A DNA stretch of 64,000 bases from Acidobacteriia bacterium UBA6623 (GTDB taxonomy: Bacteria > Acidobacteriota > Terriglobia > Bryobacterales > UBA6623), in the NCBI GenBank assembly GCA_002433055.1, contig DJHJ01000026.1:12447-76446 (forward strand), in the 5' to 3' direction. Positions 62,032-64,000 of this stretch are shown in pieces (position 1 is the first letter of the stretch; each line of letters starts with the position of its first letter). The translations under genes and the position numbers were made by a program. Below the pieces are notes generated by a model. The model saw nothing but the letters and a program-made list of their open reading frames with translations, was not told where the DNA came from and searched no databases.

Positions 62032-63360
62032 TTGACCTCTATCCGTTTTAATGTTTACCTAAAAACCCTTGGGCTGGATCACATCCACTTTCGCTCGTGG
62101 GCGATGTATGACTGGGCAAACTCCGCCTTCAGCACTACAGTTGTTGCCGCACTTCTCCCTATTTATTACCACCAAGTAGCTGCAATCGGTCTTGAACAAA
62201 ACTTGCGTACTGCTTATTGGGGGTACACCCAAACTATCGCACTCCTTATCATTGCCGTTCTGGCTCCTGCACTCGGCGCCGCTGCAGATTACGCAGGCAA
62301 AAAGAAAATTTACTTGATTTGGTTTGTTGCTCTTGGTGTCATCGGCACTGGATTGTTAACACTCGTCAAAGAAGGAGATTGGCTCTTCGCGTCCGGGGTT
62401 TTTGTGTTGGGATATGTGGGGTTCAGCGGAGCAGAGATTTTTTATGAATCCTTCCTGCCGCACATTGCCAAACGCAATCAGATCGATCGTGTTTCGTCCT
62501 CTGGTTATGCAGTTGGGTACATCGGTGGTGGTTTACTCTTGGCCGTTCACCTGGCCTGGGTGACCACGCCACAAAGCTTTGGCTTCGTGGACAGCAGTCA
62601 AGCCTCGCGTGTGGCCTTTCTCACTGCCGCCATATGGTGGGCATGCTTCACAATACCGTTCTTGCGAAATGTTCCGGAACCAGTTCGGCACTCTCCCAGC
62701 AATACAGAACGGGGACACCCTGTGTTTTACATTGGCATCAAGCGAGTCATGAAAACTTTTCATGAAATACATCGCTACCGTGAACTTTTCACTTTTTTGG
62801 TTGCGTTTTGGTTCTATAGCGATGGCATAAACACCGTGATTAAAATGGCAGCGATCTATGGAACAGAAATAGGGATCGGCCGGACTGACCTCATTGGCGC
62901 TCTGCTACTTGTGCAGTTTTTAGGCATTCCAGCAACATTTTGGTTTGGTGCTCTAGCTCATCAAATTGGCCCAAAACGAGGAATCTACATTGCCTTAGTT
63001 GTCTATTCTGCTGTCTCAGTTTTAGCTTTTTTTATGAGCGAACCGTGGCATTTTTGGGTGCTTGCAGGTTGCGTCGCCTTGGTCCAAGGTGGCAGCCAAG
63101 CTTTAAGTCGTTCACTTTACGCCTCGATGGTTCCACATGACCACTCCTCGGAGTTTTTCGGCTTATATGGCATCACCAGCAAGGCAGGAAACATATGTGG
63201 ACCCCTTGTTTTCGCTCTCATCAGTCACATGACTGGCAGCAGCCGGTTAAGTATCTTGTCACTTCTCGTGTTTTTTGTTGTGGGAATGTTGTTACTCTCG
63301 AAAGTCAATATCGAAACGGGTCAAGCAACGCACGAAAATGGAGCTAGCATCGAGAAATAA
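62032..63360 (+). CDS. MFS transporter, UMF1/Atg22-like family
   Basis: WAMYDWANSAF, YESFLP, GYIGG, DGINT, QALSRS, EFFG. Confidence 0.88.
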   Translation: MTSIRFNVYLKTLGLDHIHFRSWAMYDWANSAFSTTVVAALLPIYYHQVAAIGLEQNLRTAYWGYTQTIALLIIAVLAPALGAAADYAGKKKIYLIWFVALGVIGTGLLTLVKEGDWLFASGVFVLGYVGFSGAEIFYESFLPHIAKRNQIDRVSSSGYAVGYIGGGLLLAVHLAWVTTPQSFGFVDSSQASRVAFLTAAIWWACFTIPFLRNVPEPVRHSPSNTERGHPVFYIGIKRVMKTFHEIHRYRELFTFLVAFWFYSDGINTVIKMAAIYGTEIGIGRTDLIGALLLVQFLGIPATFWFGALAHQIGPKRGIYIALVVYSAVSVLAFFMSEPWHFWVLAGCVALVQGGSQALSRSLYASMVPHDHSSEFFGLYGITSKAGNICGPLVFALISHMTGSSRLSILSLLVFFVVGMLLLSKVNIETGQATHENGASIEK

Positions 63361-63482
63361 ATCTAATCAATACGGACTTACTAGAAACAACTGCACGCAA
63401 GTCGGTCAACGGTGCGAGGATTGATATCCTAATGGTAGAGACATCCACTACTTTGTAGAACAGATCTGTTTGTCAACCTCTT

Positions 63483-64000
63483 ATGTACCTTAAAATTCTG
63501 TCACACCCTATCTTCTTAAGCCTAGATTTTCACTTCCCAATGGTGATCGATCTTTCTCACCCTGTGATTATGCTGGAAGGCGAGAATGGTTCTGGTAAGT
63601 CAACACTGCTGCACGCGATTGCATGTGCTCTGCGAGGTGAAGAAGTAGAGCAATACGCCTACACCCTGAAAGAAGCGGACACCATTGCTCGCGAAAAAGT
63701 GCTGCTATTCGACGCAGAACAACACAATCCTAGAACACAACCACATATCTTCGACGATGACCCAAAAATGAAAGAGTTTGTGGAAACCGCAAGTCACGGT
63801 CAGGTCATGTTATCGCTTTTCAGCAAAACCTTTCCGTCGATGCCGGATGGGACCATTTTACTTCTCGATGAACCAGAGATGGCACTATCACAATCAAACC
63901 AAAGACGTATCTTGAAGATGCTTCAAGAATTGGCCGATCAGAAACAATTCCGAGTAATCGCCGCTACTCACTCACCCATACTTCTGGGAGCACCGGAAAC
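63483..64000 (+). CDS. ABC/AAA-type predicted ATPase (COG3910-like), 3' truncated; absent from the ORF track
   Basis: Own translation from ATG 63483: GENGSGKST Walker A, SHGQ signature, LLLDEPE Walker B, ATHSP H-loop. Confidence 0.85.
   Translation, partial: MYLKILSHPIFLSLDFHFPMVIDLSHPVIMLEGENGSGKSTLLHAIACALRGEEVEQYAYTLKEADTIAREKVLLFDAEQHNPRTQPHIFDDDPKMKEFVETASHGQVMLSLFSKTFPSMPDGTILLLDEPEMALSQSNQRRILKMLQELADQKQFRVIAATHSPILLGAPE

Noticed and set aside
465-63140. Numerous 60-170 aa ORFs overlapping longer genes in other frames or strands
   Set aside because: No recognisable motifs; they are shadows of well-supported CDSs
63483-64000. Anti-phage defence ATPase
   Set aside because: Short COG3910-like ATPase cut by the window edge; no partner nuclease visible, so unsupported

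Overview
Gene-dense bacterial chromosomal window with no phage, IS, integrase or CRISPR signal. The protein style suggests an Acidobacteriota-like organism; this is inference only. Housekeeping genes: thrC, pepA, rpsU, rplU-rpmA, rnc, ddl, asnS, tRNA-Glu(CTC) and tRNA-Arg(TCG). Metabolic modules: (1) an uncharacterised catabolic operon (SAF-domain oxidoreductase, DHDPS-family enzyme, TRAP fused permease, DUF1445); (2) an ACP-FAAL-acyltransferase fusion; (3) a compact alternative complex III (actA-B1-B2-C-D-E) followed by a Cys-type ccmE; (4) a GMC dehydrogenase pair; (5) a complete N-methylglutamate methylamine-utilisation operon; (6) a MacAB-TolC-like export cluster. Two items stand out. First, the myo-inositol-1-phosphate synthase carries an N-terminal Xre/Cro-like HTH extension, and two TTTAC-N5-GTAAA palindromes cover its predicted transcription start and its RBS, suggesting a self-regulating enzyme-repressor. 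Second, a BCP/PrxQ peroxiredoxin truncated in the ORF track has an in-frame TGA at the peroxidatic position and a SECIS-like hairpin, so it is probably a selenoprotein. All calls come from motif reading by eye; no database searches were run.
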